Origin: Acidobacteriota bacterium
GTDB lineage: Bacteria; Acidobacteriota; Thermoanaerobaculia; Multivoradales; Multivoraceae
Direction: 5' to 3'
DNA length: 64,000 bases
Assembly: GCA_026707545.1 (NCBI GenBank)
Contig: JAPOWR010000006.1
Span: 86,927-150,926, forward strand
The notes under the pieces are model-generated. The model worked only from the letters and a program-made list of their open reading frames with translations. It did no database searches and was not told where the DNA came from. Positions 1-7,431 of the stretch are shown piece after piece (the first letter of the stretch is position 1; the number at the start of each line of letters is the position of its first letter). A program made the position numbers and the translations under genes.

Positions 1-480
1 CCCGGAACTCCGCGTCTCCTCGGGGAACACGACCAGGGAGACGTTCGAGGCCAGCAACTTGCCGGCGGCGGCGAACGCCTCCGCGGCGCGGCTGCGATCC
101 TCGCGATCCACCGGCACGAAGCCCGCCGCCTTGAGTCCCCAGCCGAATCCCGGCACCCGAAACAGGCTGCGCTTCGTCAGGAAGCGCACCGGCGACTCCA
201 GAATCGCGAGCAGGGCCGCCACGTCGTACAGGCTCCTGTGGTTCGCCATGTACACCAGCGGACGGCCCTCGGTTGCCGCGCGCCAGGCCGCGTGGTCGCC
301 CCCCGCGTAGTCCAGGCGCAGGCGGACTCCGCTTGTCATGAGCAACCCCCGGGCCCACCACCGCGCCACCACTCCGGCCCAGTCACGGCCTGGCAGCCAC
401 GAGGCGACGGCCGCGGCAACTCCCATCAGGGCGCTGCCGAACGCGAGGTAGAGGTTGCCGGTCACGGTCGCTACCGCCAC
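1..480 (-). CDS. 1-acyl-sn-glycerol-3-phosphate acyltransferase-like protein (PlsC/LPLAT family), partial; the 3' end lies beyond the window start
   Basis: Hand translation of the minus strand; the gene is absent from the ORF track because there is no stop in the window. It gives ...GRPLVYMANHRSLYDVAALLAILESPVRFLTKRSLFRVPGFGW...VSLVVFPEETRSSG. NHRSLYD matches the HxxxxD acyltransferase motif and FPEETR the FPEGTR-like motif. A hydrophobic N-terminal segment lies upstream. The in-frame stop is at 613-615. The start is uncertain: GTG 480, TTG 561 or TTG 582. Confidence 0.7.
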   Translation of the reverse strand, partial: MAVATVTGNLYLAFGSALMGVAAAVASWLPGRDWAGVVARWWARGLLMTSGVRLRLDYAGGDHAAWRAATEGRPLVYMANHRSLYDVAALLAILESPVRFLTKRSLFRVPGFGWGLKAAGFVPVDREDRSRAAEAFAAAGKLLASNVSLVVFPEETRSSG

Positions 481-668
481 CGCCCAGGCTCCGTGTTGCC
501 GCCCATCCCGTCCTTCCGGCGCTTTCGCCGTAGACTTGCTGCGTTGCGTGCTGCGGCGCAAGTTGGGGCTCGGATTCGACAAGGTTCTGCTCAGCGCTGT
601 CAGGAGGGGAAGCTAACACCTAGCACGCGCCGCGAGCACGACACACGAAGAGGTTGCCCCGCGGATTG

Positions 669-1448
669 ATGCAACAGGCTGCACCCAGGATTCTGCTCGA
701 TTATGGGGCCCCGCTACGCCATGTCGGCAACCTCTCAATGCTCGCCGGCCGCGGTCTGACGGCTCTCGTCAGACCGCCGTACGAGTTCCGGTCATGGCTT
801 CATCAGATGGAACATCTCGGCGTCAGTTCCCTCGGAGTCGCCGCGGTCACCACTCTGTTCACGGGCATGGTCCTGGCGCTGCAGACCGCGTACAGCCTGC
901 CTGAGCTGGGGGTCAAGTACTACATCGGAAGCGTGGTTTCGAAGTCGCTGACCCGGGAACTCGGACCGGTCCTCGTCGCCCTGATCGTCGGCGGTCGGAT
1001 CGGATCCGGCATGACCGCGGAACTGGGCACGATGAAGGTCACCGAGCAGATCGACGCGATGCGCTCCATGGCGGCCGATCCGGTCAAGAAGCTGGTTGTG
1101 CCGAAGCTTGCCGCCAGCCTGATCATGCTCCCCGTTCTCACGATTCTGGGCGATTTCCTGGGCATCCTCGGCGGCCTGTTCATCGCCACGAACCAGTTGA
1201 ACCTGTCCTACGGCCTCTACACGAACGACGTCCTGCAGGCGCTGACGCTGGGAGACGTCCTGAACGGTCTCGGCAAGTCGGTGTTCTTCGCCCTGTTCAT
1301 CGCGATCATCGGCTGCTACAACGGCCTGACGGCGAGCGGCGGTGCCGAAGGAGTGGGGCGTGCCACCACGAGAACCGTCGTCTGGGCATCCATCATGGTG
1401 CTCGTATCTGACTTTTTTCTGACGAAGCTGTTCCATGTCCTTTCCTGA
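669..1448 (+). CDS. mlaE: MlaE/YrbE-family ABC transporter permease (phospholipid/lipid asymmetry maintenance)
   Basis: ORF 654..1448. The protein is multi-pass hydrophobic and carries the MlaE-typical segment GRIGSGMTAELGTMKVTEQIDAMRSMA. ATG at 669 is preferred over TTG at 654. It overlaps the next gene by 14 nt. Confidence 0.85.
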   Translation: MQQAAPRILLDYGAPLRHVGNLSMLAGRGLTALVRPPYEFRSWLHQMEHLGVSSLGVAAVTTLFTGMVLALQTAYSLPELGVKYYIGSVVSKSLTRELGPVLVALIVGGRIGSGMTAELGTMKVTEQIDAMRSMAADPVKKLVVPKLAASLIMLPVLTILGDFLGILGGLFIATNQLNLSYGLYTNDVLQALTLGDVLNGLGKSVFFALFIAIIGCYNGLTASGGAEGVGRATTRTVVWASIMVLVSDFFLTKLFHVLS

Positions 1449-2235
1449 GCAGCCGGCGCACCCCAACCGCGACGAAGTGCTCTATGCCGTCCGCGGGCTC
1501 TGCCGCCGTTTCGGCGACCGGACCGTCCTCGACGACCTGAGTTTCGACGTCATGCGCGGCGAATGCCTGGTCGTCCTCGGACGTTCCGGTTCCGGCAAGA
1601 GCCTCACCCTGAGGCAGCTCAACGGACTCGACGAGGCCGAAGCAGGCAGCGTGCTGTTCGAAGGAACCGATCTCGTCCAGTTGACCGAGCGCCAGTTGTA
1701 CCCGCTGCGGCGGCGGATCGCGATGCTGTTCCAGTCGGCGGCCCTCTTCGACTCGATCGACGTGCTGGAGAACGTCGCCTTCCCGCTCCGCGAGCACGGC
1801 AGGCTGAGCGACGGCGAGATCCGTCAACGCGTCGCGGGCTCCCTGGCATGGGTAGGCCTGTCCGGGATCGAGGACCGCATGCCGGCGGCCCTGTCGGGCG
1901 GGATGAAGAAACGGGTCGCTCTCGCTCGCTCCCTGGTCCAGGAGCCCGAAGTCGTTCTCTTCGACGAACCCACGGCGGGCCTCGATCCCGTCACCTCGGC
2001 GACGATCGCCGAGCTGATCCGAAGCACCCAGGCCGAGTTCGGAACCACCTCGGTGGTCGTCACCCACGACCTGCGGCTCGCGCGCGAGGTGGGCGACCGC
2101 GTCGCTCTCCTGGATGGCGGCCGGTTCTGCTTCATCGGCACGTGGGAGCAGGCCGAGCAAAGCACGGATCCGGCGCTCAGAGCGTTCCTGGAAGGTCGAC
2201 AACCGCCCTCGGAGGAGGACATCGATGCAGCGTGA
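1435..2235 (+). CDS. mlaF: MlaF-like ABC transporter ATP-binding protein
   Basis: Walker A GRSGSGKS, ABC signature LSGGMKKRVALAR and Walker B VVLFDEPTAGLD. It sits between the MlaE and MlaD homologs. Confidence 0.9.
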   Translation: MSFPEQPAHPNRDEVLYAVRGLCRRFGDRTVLDDLSFDVMRGECLVVLGRSGSGKSLTLRQLNGLDEAEAGSVLFEGTDLVQLTERQLYPLRRRIAMLFQSAALFDSIDVLENVAFPLREHGRLSDGEIRQRVAGSLAWVGLSGIEDRMPAALSGGMKKRVALARSLVQEPEVVLFDEPTAGLDPVTSATIAELIRSTQAEFGTTSVVVTHDLRLAREVGDRVALLDGGRFCFIGTWEQAEQSTDPALRAFLEGRQPPSEEDIDAA

Positions 2236-3355
2236 CTCGAACACAGCCAAGGTGGGCCTGACGGTGCTCGCGGCGCTCGTCGTCCTGGCCGCCTTCATCC
2301 TCGCCATCGGCGACCAGAGTTTTCTGTTCCGGGCCAGCAACACGTACCGCATCATGTTCCCGAGCGCCGCCGGCCTGCTGGAGGACAACCCGGTTCAGTT
2401 GAACGGCGTGACGGTCGGCAAGGTGGACCGCATCTTGCTGAGCGAGCGGCCGGACAGCGAGATGCTGGAAGTGCGGATCAGCGTCGAACGCCGGTACGCC
2501 AACCGGCTACGCCACGACTCCTTGGCCCGGATCAAGACGCTGGGACTGCTCGGCGACAAGTACGTCGAGATCACGTCGGGCTCCCCCGACGCGCCCCGCA
2601 TCAACCCCGGCGAGGAGATTCCCGCCGCCCTGCCCACTGACGTCGACGACCTGATCGCCAGCGGCGCGGATGTGGTCGACTACGTCGTCTCGACCGCGCA
2701 GTCCCTGTCGACCATCCTCGCGCGCATGGAGCGCGGCGAGGGGCTGCTTGGCGAGCTCGTCGCCGGACGCGAGGACAAGCGGATCACCGACACGGTGATC
2801 CACACGCTGGAATCGATCGATCGCCTGACCACCCAGGTGGAGGCAGGCGAGGGCGTGCTCGGCCGCCTCTTGACCGACGAGGAGATGGGGGACCAGCTCG
2901 CCTCGTCCCTGGACAACATCGACGAAACCCTGGCCCTGCTGCGCGAGGGCGACGGTTTGGCGCCGGCCCTGCTCCGCGACGGTGAACTCAAGACCCGTTT
3001 CGAGTCGACTCTGGCCGAGACGGAGATCGCCGCGGCCGACCTGCGCGCCATCGCCGCCGACCTGCGGGACGCCGACGGACTGCTGCCGCGGCTGCTGACC
3101 GACGAGGAACTGAGCGAATCGCTGACGACCGAGGTGGAGGAACTCCTGGGGAGGCTGAACTCGACGCTCGAGCAGGTCGCCGAAGGCGACGGCACGGCGG
3201 CCAGGCTGATCAACGATCCCGCGATCTACCAGGCGCTCGACGACCTCGTCGTCGGCATCAACGAATCGAGGCTGCTGCGCTGGCTGGTCCGCAACCGCCA
3301 GAAGGCGGGGATCAAGAAGCGCTACCGCGAGGCGCAGGACGAGGAAAGCCGATGA
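2225..3355 (+). CDS. mlaD: MlaD/MCE-domain substrate-binding protein with a long C-terminal helical extension
   Basis: This is the in-frame ATG at 2225 inside ORF 2114..3355, overlapping the mlaF stop. An N-terminal TM helix (VGLTVLAALVVLAAFILAI) is followed by an MCE-like core (NPVQLNGVTVGKVDRI). The C-terminus has repeated E/L-rich LLxxL segments. Confidence 0.8.
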   Translation: MQRDSNTAKVGLTVLAALVVLAAFILAIGDQSFLFRASNTYRIMFPSAAGLLEDNPVQLNGVTVGKVDRILLSERPDSEMLEVRISVERRYANRLRHDSLARIKTLGLLGDKYVEITSGSPDAPRINPGEEIPAALPTDVDDLIASGADVVDYVVSTAQSLSTILARMERGEGLLGELVAGREDKRITDTVIHTLESIDRLTTQVEAGEGVLGRLLTDEEMGDQLASSLDNIDETLALLREGDGLAPALLRDGELKTRFESTLAETEIAAADLRAIAADLRDADGLLPRLLTDEELSESLTTEVEELLGRLNSTLEQVAEGDGTAARLINDPAIYQALDDLVVGINESRLLRWLVRNRQKAGIKKRYREAQDEESR

Positions 3356-3627
3356 TCGTCTGCGCCCGCTGCAACAAGGAGCGCGAAGCGCTGGGCGATC
3401 CGCCGCTCCCCGGTTCCCTCGGCGAAGAGATCGGCCTCCGCGTCTGCGCCGGCTGCTGGGACGAATGGATGGCGATGGAGATCAAGGTGATCAACGAGCT
3501 GCGCCTGAACTTCATGGACCCCGACGCGCAGGCGACGCTCTCCCGCCACATGAAGGACTTCCTCTTCCCGGCCGAAGCCGACCCTGCCGGGCGACTCGAC
3601 TTCGACTCGATCGGCGAACCGGCCTAG
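3352..3627 (+). CDS. yggX: Fe(2+)-trafficking / oxidative-damage protection protein YggX family
   Basis: 91 aa. MIVCARCNKEREALGDPPLPG...WDEWMAMEIKVINELRLNFMDPDA matches my recollection of YggX (CxxC-less N-terminus, KxxINExxLN core). It has an ATGA overlap with the mlaD stop. Confidence 0.8.
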   Translation: MIVCARCNKEREALGDPPLPGSLGEEIGLRVCAGCWDEWMAMEIKVINELRLNFMDPDAQATLSRHMKDFLFPAEADPAGRLDFDSIGEPA

Positions 3628-3851
3628 AGCAGGTCCGCGACCGCGGTCTCGACTTCGCCGTTGTTCGGGAAGCGGCCGAGTTGCTTCTTCGAGAACACCG
3701 GACGGCCGTCCAGGGCGACCTCGAACACGCCGCCGCTGCCGTCCACGAGTTCCGAGTCGAGGTCGAACCGCTCCTTCAACTGAGCCGCCAGACCGGCGGC
3801 TCGGGGGCGGTAGTTTCACATCACGCAGTATTCGATGGTGACTCGGCTCAT
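3624..3851 (-). CDS. SelW/SelT/SelH (Rdx) family selenoprotein with an in-frame UGA (Sec) at 3816-3818
   Basis: Hand translation gives MSRVTIEYCVM-[TGA]-NYRPRAAGLAAQLKERFDLDSELVDGSGGVFEVALDGRPVFSKKQLGRFPNNGEVETAVADLL-stop. The frame is open from ATG 3851 to TAG 3624 except for the single TGA, which occupies the second redox position of the Rdx CxxC/CxxU motif. The family motifs GGxFEV and GRFP continue in frame after the TGA. Confidence 0.75.
3782..3802 (-). promoter_or_regulatory. Candidate bacterial SECIS hairpin
   Basis: On the mRNA, 13 nt after the UGA, lies GAGCCGCC-GGUCU-GGCGGCUC. This is a perfect 8-bp stem with a 5-nt apical loop containing G and U, at the spacing expected for a bacterial SECIS. 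Confidence 0.6.
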
Positions 3852-3902
3852 CTGGATTCCCGTTCGGTGGTTGTCTTGAGCGGCCTACGGTAGCATGCCG
3901 CG

Positions 3903-4541
3903 ATGCGTGTTCTGGAGCCGGTGGAGTCGCTTGCGACCCAGGAGCAGAGACAGCAGGAGGCCGCGATCCGTGTTCCGGACGAGCAGCGGGTGGAGCGCCT
4001 TGCGAAGCACGTTCGGGACATGCTCGTCGAACTCGGGCTCGACCTGGACGAGCCGAACCTGCGCACCACCCACGAGCGGGTGGCGCGGATGTACCTGGAG
4101 ATGTTCCGGGGCCTGGATCAGGGTTCGAAGCCGCGGGTCACGACCTTTCCGAACGAGGAGAACTACCGGGCGATGGTCATGGAGAAGGACATCCCGTTCT
4201 ACTCCATGTGTTCGCATCACCTGGTGCCCTTCTACGGGCACGCGCATATCGCCTACGTGCCCGGCGACAAGATCCTGGGGCTGTCCAAGTTCGCGCGGAT
4301 TCTCGAGTTCTACGCCAAGCGGCCGCAGCTCCAGGAGCGCCTCACCGAGCAGGTGGTCAGCTTCCTCGAAGAGGAGCTCCGGCCGCGCGGCGCGATGGTC
4401 GTGATCGAAGCCCGGCATCTCTGCGTGGAGATGCGGGGCGTCGAGAAGTCCGGCGCGATGACCGTGACGTCCGCTCTCCGGGGCATCTTCCACGAACGGC
4501 CGATCCGGGAAGAGTTCCTGGATCTCCTGAAGGGTCGTTGA
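3903..4541 (+). CDS. folE: GTP cyclohydrolase I (type 1)
   Basis: YSMCSHHLVPFYGHAHIAYVP and VVIEARHLCVEMRGV are hallmark FolE active-site segments. 212 aa. Confidence 0.9.
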   Translation: MRVLEPVESLATQEQRQQEAAIRVPDEQRVERLAKHVRDMLVELGLDLDEPNLRTTHERVARMYLEMFRGLDQGSKPRVTTFPNEENYRAMVMEKDIPFYSMCSHHLVPFYGHAHIAYVPGDKILGLSKFARILEFYAKRPQLQERLTEQVVSFLEEELRPRGAMVVIEARHLCVEMRGVEKSGAMTVTSALRGIFHERPIREEFLDLLKGR

Positions 4542-4543
4542 CG

Positions 4544-5143
4544 GTGCGGCGCACGGCGGCCCTGGTCCTGGCCCTGGTGGGCGCGGCCTCGGCGGCGGTG
4601 GCTGCCGAGAGCCTCGAGCGGCTTCATCCGGACGACCTGATCAACCCCTTCCTGGGGCCCACTTACACGCGCTGGATGGTGGGCCCGGTCGGCCAGCTCG
4701 CCGACGAGGAGGAACGGACCCTCTTCCTGCTGCTCGAATCGAACGAGGAGGCGGCAGCCTTCATCGAAGAGTTCTGGAGCCGAAGAGACGGCAAGCTGAA
4801 GCGGCAGTTCGAGCTGCGTGCCGCCGAGGCCGACAAACGCTACTCGGAATCCGGCCTCCTCGGCCGTCGAACGGACCGCGGCATGGTCTACGTCCTGTTC
4901 GGCGACCCCGACAAGACGGAGTGGGAGGAGCACCGCGACATCGATGACCCGCACATCGAACTCTGGACGTATCCCAAGGGCGCGGCCAAGGGTCTGAACG
5001 GCAAGAAGCCGTCGCGCCGGTACCGCTTCGCCCGTGACGGCGACGTGATGCGGCTGTTCTCCAACGACCCGAACGACCCGAACAATCGCCGTCGCCGGAT
5101 GATCCGCCGGATCAGGGAACCGCCCCGCCGCCCCTGGCGGTAG
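4544..5143 (+). CDS. GWxTD-domain secreted protein
   Basis: GTG at 4544 is in frame in ORF 4208..5143, 2 nt after the folE stop. Signal peptide VRRTAALVLALVGAASAAVAA. GRRTDRGMVYVLFGDPD matches the GWxTDRG...G.PD signature. Confidence 0.7.
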   Translation: MRRTAALVLALVGAASAAVAAESLERLHPDDLINPFLGPTYTRWMVGPVGQLADEEERTLFLLLESNEEAAAFIEEFWSRRDGKLKRQFELRAAEADKRYSESGLLGRRTDRGMVYVLFGDPDKTEWEEHRDIDDPHIELWTYPKGAAKGLNGKKPSRRYRFARDGDVMRLFSNDPNDPNNRRRRMIRRIREPPRRPWR

Positions 5144-5181
5144 CGGCGCCGGACCCAGGGCCGGACGCTACGATTCGGGCC

Positions 5182-5670
5182 GTGCCCGGTACCTTCTCGC
5201 TTCGCCTCGACAAGGAGGACTTCAAGTTCTCCGCGGCGCACTTCACCGTCTTCGGGGAAACGGAGGCGGAGACGCTTCACGGTCACAACTACCGCGTGAC
5301 GGTGGAACTGAGCGGCTCCGACCTCGACGACCTGGACTTCCTCGTACCCGCCGCCGCCACGAAGCGGGATGTTCGCGCTGAATGCGCCGCCCTGGATGAG
5401 AAGGTCCTGCTGCCGGCAGGCTGCCCGCACGTCGAAGTCGTAGAGCACGGCGCCACGGTGACGGCGGTACTGGGAGCCCGGCGCTACCAGTTTCCGCCCG
5501 CCGAAGTCGTCCTGCTGCCCGTCGCTAACGTCACGGTCGAGGCGCTCGCGCGATTTCTCTGGCAGCGTCTCCGGGATCGATGGGAGCACCTTCGAGATCG
5601 GATCCGTGTCGTTGAGGTCACCGTGACCGAGACTCCCGGGCAGGGCGCCAGCTACCGGTGCAGTCTGTAG
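5182..5670 (+). CDS. 6-pyruvoyl-tetrahydropterin synthase / QueD-related protein (PTPS superfamily, non-canonical)
   Basis: FKFSAAHFTVFGETEAETLHGHNYRV carries the AAH...HGH zinc-ligand pattern of PTPS/QueD. The Cys normally found 4 residues before HGH is Ala here. Confidence 0.75.
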   Translation: MPGTFSLRLDKEDFKFSAAHFTVFGETEAETLHGHNYRVTVELSGSDLDDLDFLVPAAATKRDVRAECAALDEKVLLPAGCPHVEVVEHGATVTAVLGARRYQFPPAEVVLLPVANVTVEALARFLWQRLRDRWEHLRDRIRVVEVTVTETPGQGASYRCSL

Positions 5671-5740
5671 CTGGCCGGCCGCCGACTCCTCGACGGTGCA
5701 CCGTGGGTGACGGGGTAGTCGGCCCAAAATCGCCTAACTG

Positions 5741-5778
5741 TCACACAGACGTGCCATCTGCTCACACCAGGCTCACAC
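5741..5778 (+). promoter_or_regulatory. Three direct copies of TCACAC upstream of the AraC-fusion gene (candidate operator)
   Basis: TCACAC occurs at 5741-5746, 5762-5767 and 5773-5778. The last two occur as gCTCACAC exactly 11 bp apart and the first is 21 bp upstream. They lie 23-60 bp before ATG 5801. Confidence 0.3.
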
Positions 5779-5800
5779 GGCATGGCTACGCTGAGCGCCA

Positions 5801-6922
5801 ATGCCAAGCCGCTCGTTTCGGTGGCGTCCGCGCCAAGCTCTGGTCTGGTGGACCGGTGGCAAGGACTCGGCATGGGCGCTGTATCTGCTACAGCAGGATC
5901 CTGCCTGGGACGTGCTCGGTCTCATCGCGCCGGTGAGCGAGATGAACGGTCGCGTCCTCCTTCACGGCGTGCGCAGCGAGATGCTGGAGCAGCAGGCGGC
6001 CGCGCTGGGGCTACCGCTGCAGTTGGTTCCGGTCGACTGGACCACTTCGCAGCGCGAGCGTGAAGCCGCCTATCAACGGGCCCTGAGCGCTGCTCGGGCG
6101 GAAGGCCTGGAGTTCGTCGTATTCGGCGATCTCTCGTCGCAAGAACGTCGTGAGCGCCAGTCGTTGGGAGTCGGGCGGATCGGGATGGAGGCGATCTTTC
6201 CCCTCTGGCGCCGGGATTCTCGCGAGCATGCGAAGGAGCTGGCGGCCGCCGGGGTGTCCTCCTGGGTGTGCTCGGTCGATACGGGAGCCGCTCCCGCTGA
6301 ACTCGCTGGCAAACGCTACGACGAAGTCTTCGTGGACGCCCTGCCGAAGGCCGTGGACCCTGTGGGCGAGAACAACGAGTTCCACACGTTCGTGGAGTGG
6401 GCACCGGGTTGGCACCGGCGGGTCCCGGTGGCCGCCACCCGGCGGATCGAGGTCTACGACTTCGCATTCGCGGAGATGGAGCTCGTGGACCAGGACGAGC
6501 GCCCAACCGGTGATGCTGGTGCCGTGAATACACTCCCGGACGGCGCCGACCCCTTCAGCTACTTCGACCGGCTGGCCCGGGTCCGCCGCTACGTGGACGA
6601 ACACCTCGCTGAAGACCTGGACGGCAACTCCGTGGCCGACGTCGCGGCGATGTCACCAGGGGGCTTTTCGAGATACCTCCGGCAGCACGTCGGCACGACG
6701 TTCGTCGTCTGGTTGGCCCACCGCCGGGTCGAACGAGCCTGCCGCCTGCTGCAGGAGCACAACGACGCTGTCGGCCAGATCGGCTACTCCGTGGGATTCC
6801 ACAACGAACGGACCTTTCGCCGGGTCTTCCATGACCATGTGGGCTGCAGTCCGTCGGAGTATCGGAAGCGGTGGCTCGAGAAGAGGGTGCCCGCCGAGCC
6901 GGCTTCGGACCTCCGGCTCTAG
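5801..6922 (+). CDS. Fusion protein: Dph6/MJ0570-like PP-loop ATP pyrophosphatase domain (DUF71) with a C-terminal AraC/XylS-type HTH DNA-binding domain
   Basis: The N-terminus has WWTGGKDSAWAL (SGGKDS PP-loop), PLW and GENNEFHTFV (the GENGE[FY]HTFV hallmark). The C-terminal ~100 aa, including GFHNERTFRRVFHDHVGCSPSEYR, form a typical AraC second HTH. Confidence 0.8.
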   Translation: MPSRSFRWRPRQALVWWTGGKDSAWALYLLQQDPAWDVLGLIAPVSEMNGRVLLHGVRSEMLEQQAAALGLPLQLVPVDWTTSQREREAAYQRALSAARAEGLEFVVFGDLSSQERRERQSLGVGRIGMEAIFPLWRRDSREHAKELAAAGVSSWVCSVDTGAAPAELAGKRYDEVFVDALPKAVDPVGENNEFHTFVEWAPGWHRRVPVAATRRIEVYDFAFAEMELVDQDERPTGDAGAVNTLPDGADPFSYFDRLARVRRYVDEHLAEDLDGNSVADVAAMSPGGFSRYLRQHVGTTFVVWLAHRRVERACRLLQEHNDAVGQIGYSVGFHNERTFRRVFHDHVGCSPSEYRKRWLEKRVPAEPASDLRL

Positions 6923-6968
6923 CCTAGTCGGGCACGAGAAACCGCCACCGGCACCGGCTCTTTTGCCC

Positions 6969-7412
6969 CTAACGGGGCTGTCTGCTGGCAAACAGCGCGC
7001 CGTCTTTGCACAGAACAGCCTTGTAGTTCCTCTCGGCCACTCCCTCTGGGCGAACTGTGGGCGTTACTTCTACCCGTACAGCCTTTGCTCCGTTCCGCAG
7101 ATAGGACATTCTCACCGGAACCCCAGGGCCTGCAGATCGAGCGAAGAACTCCAACACGTCGCTGTGGCTCTTGAATCGCACTTCGACGCCGTTCACGGTA
7201 TCCAGGATGTCGCCAGCTCTGACGCCACCCAGAAAAGCAGGTGCTTGAGGAACCACATGCTCCACATGAACCTGCCCGGTGTCAGGATCAACCGCAAAGC
7301 CGACACCCATGTAGCCGACCTCTTCTCCAACGGGGACGCCTTGGCCGACCTCTGCCGCTATCAACGGGGAAACGATCACCACGACCAAGACAGACAACAG
7401 CCACTCTCGCAT
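6969..7412 (-). CDS. Secreted PDZ-domain protein
   Basis: ATG 7412 is preceded by GAGGAGAAGGAA. Signal/TM segment MREWLLSVLVVVIVSPLIAA. PDZ-like core GVGFAV...VRAGDILDTVNGVEV. Confidence 0.75.
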   Translation of the reverse strand: MREWLLSVLVVVIVSPLIAAEVGQGVPVGEEVGYMGVGFAVDPDTGQVHVEHVVPQAPAFLGGVRAGDILDTVNGVEVRFKSHSDVLEFFARSAGPGVPVRMSYLRNGAKAVRVEVTPTVRPEGVAERNYKAVLCKDGALFASRQPR

Positions 7413-7431
7413 TTCCTTCTCCTCTTTGTCT

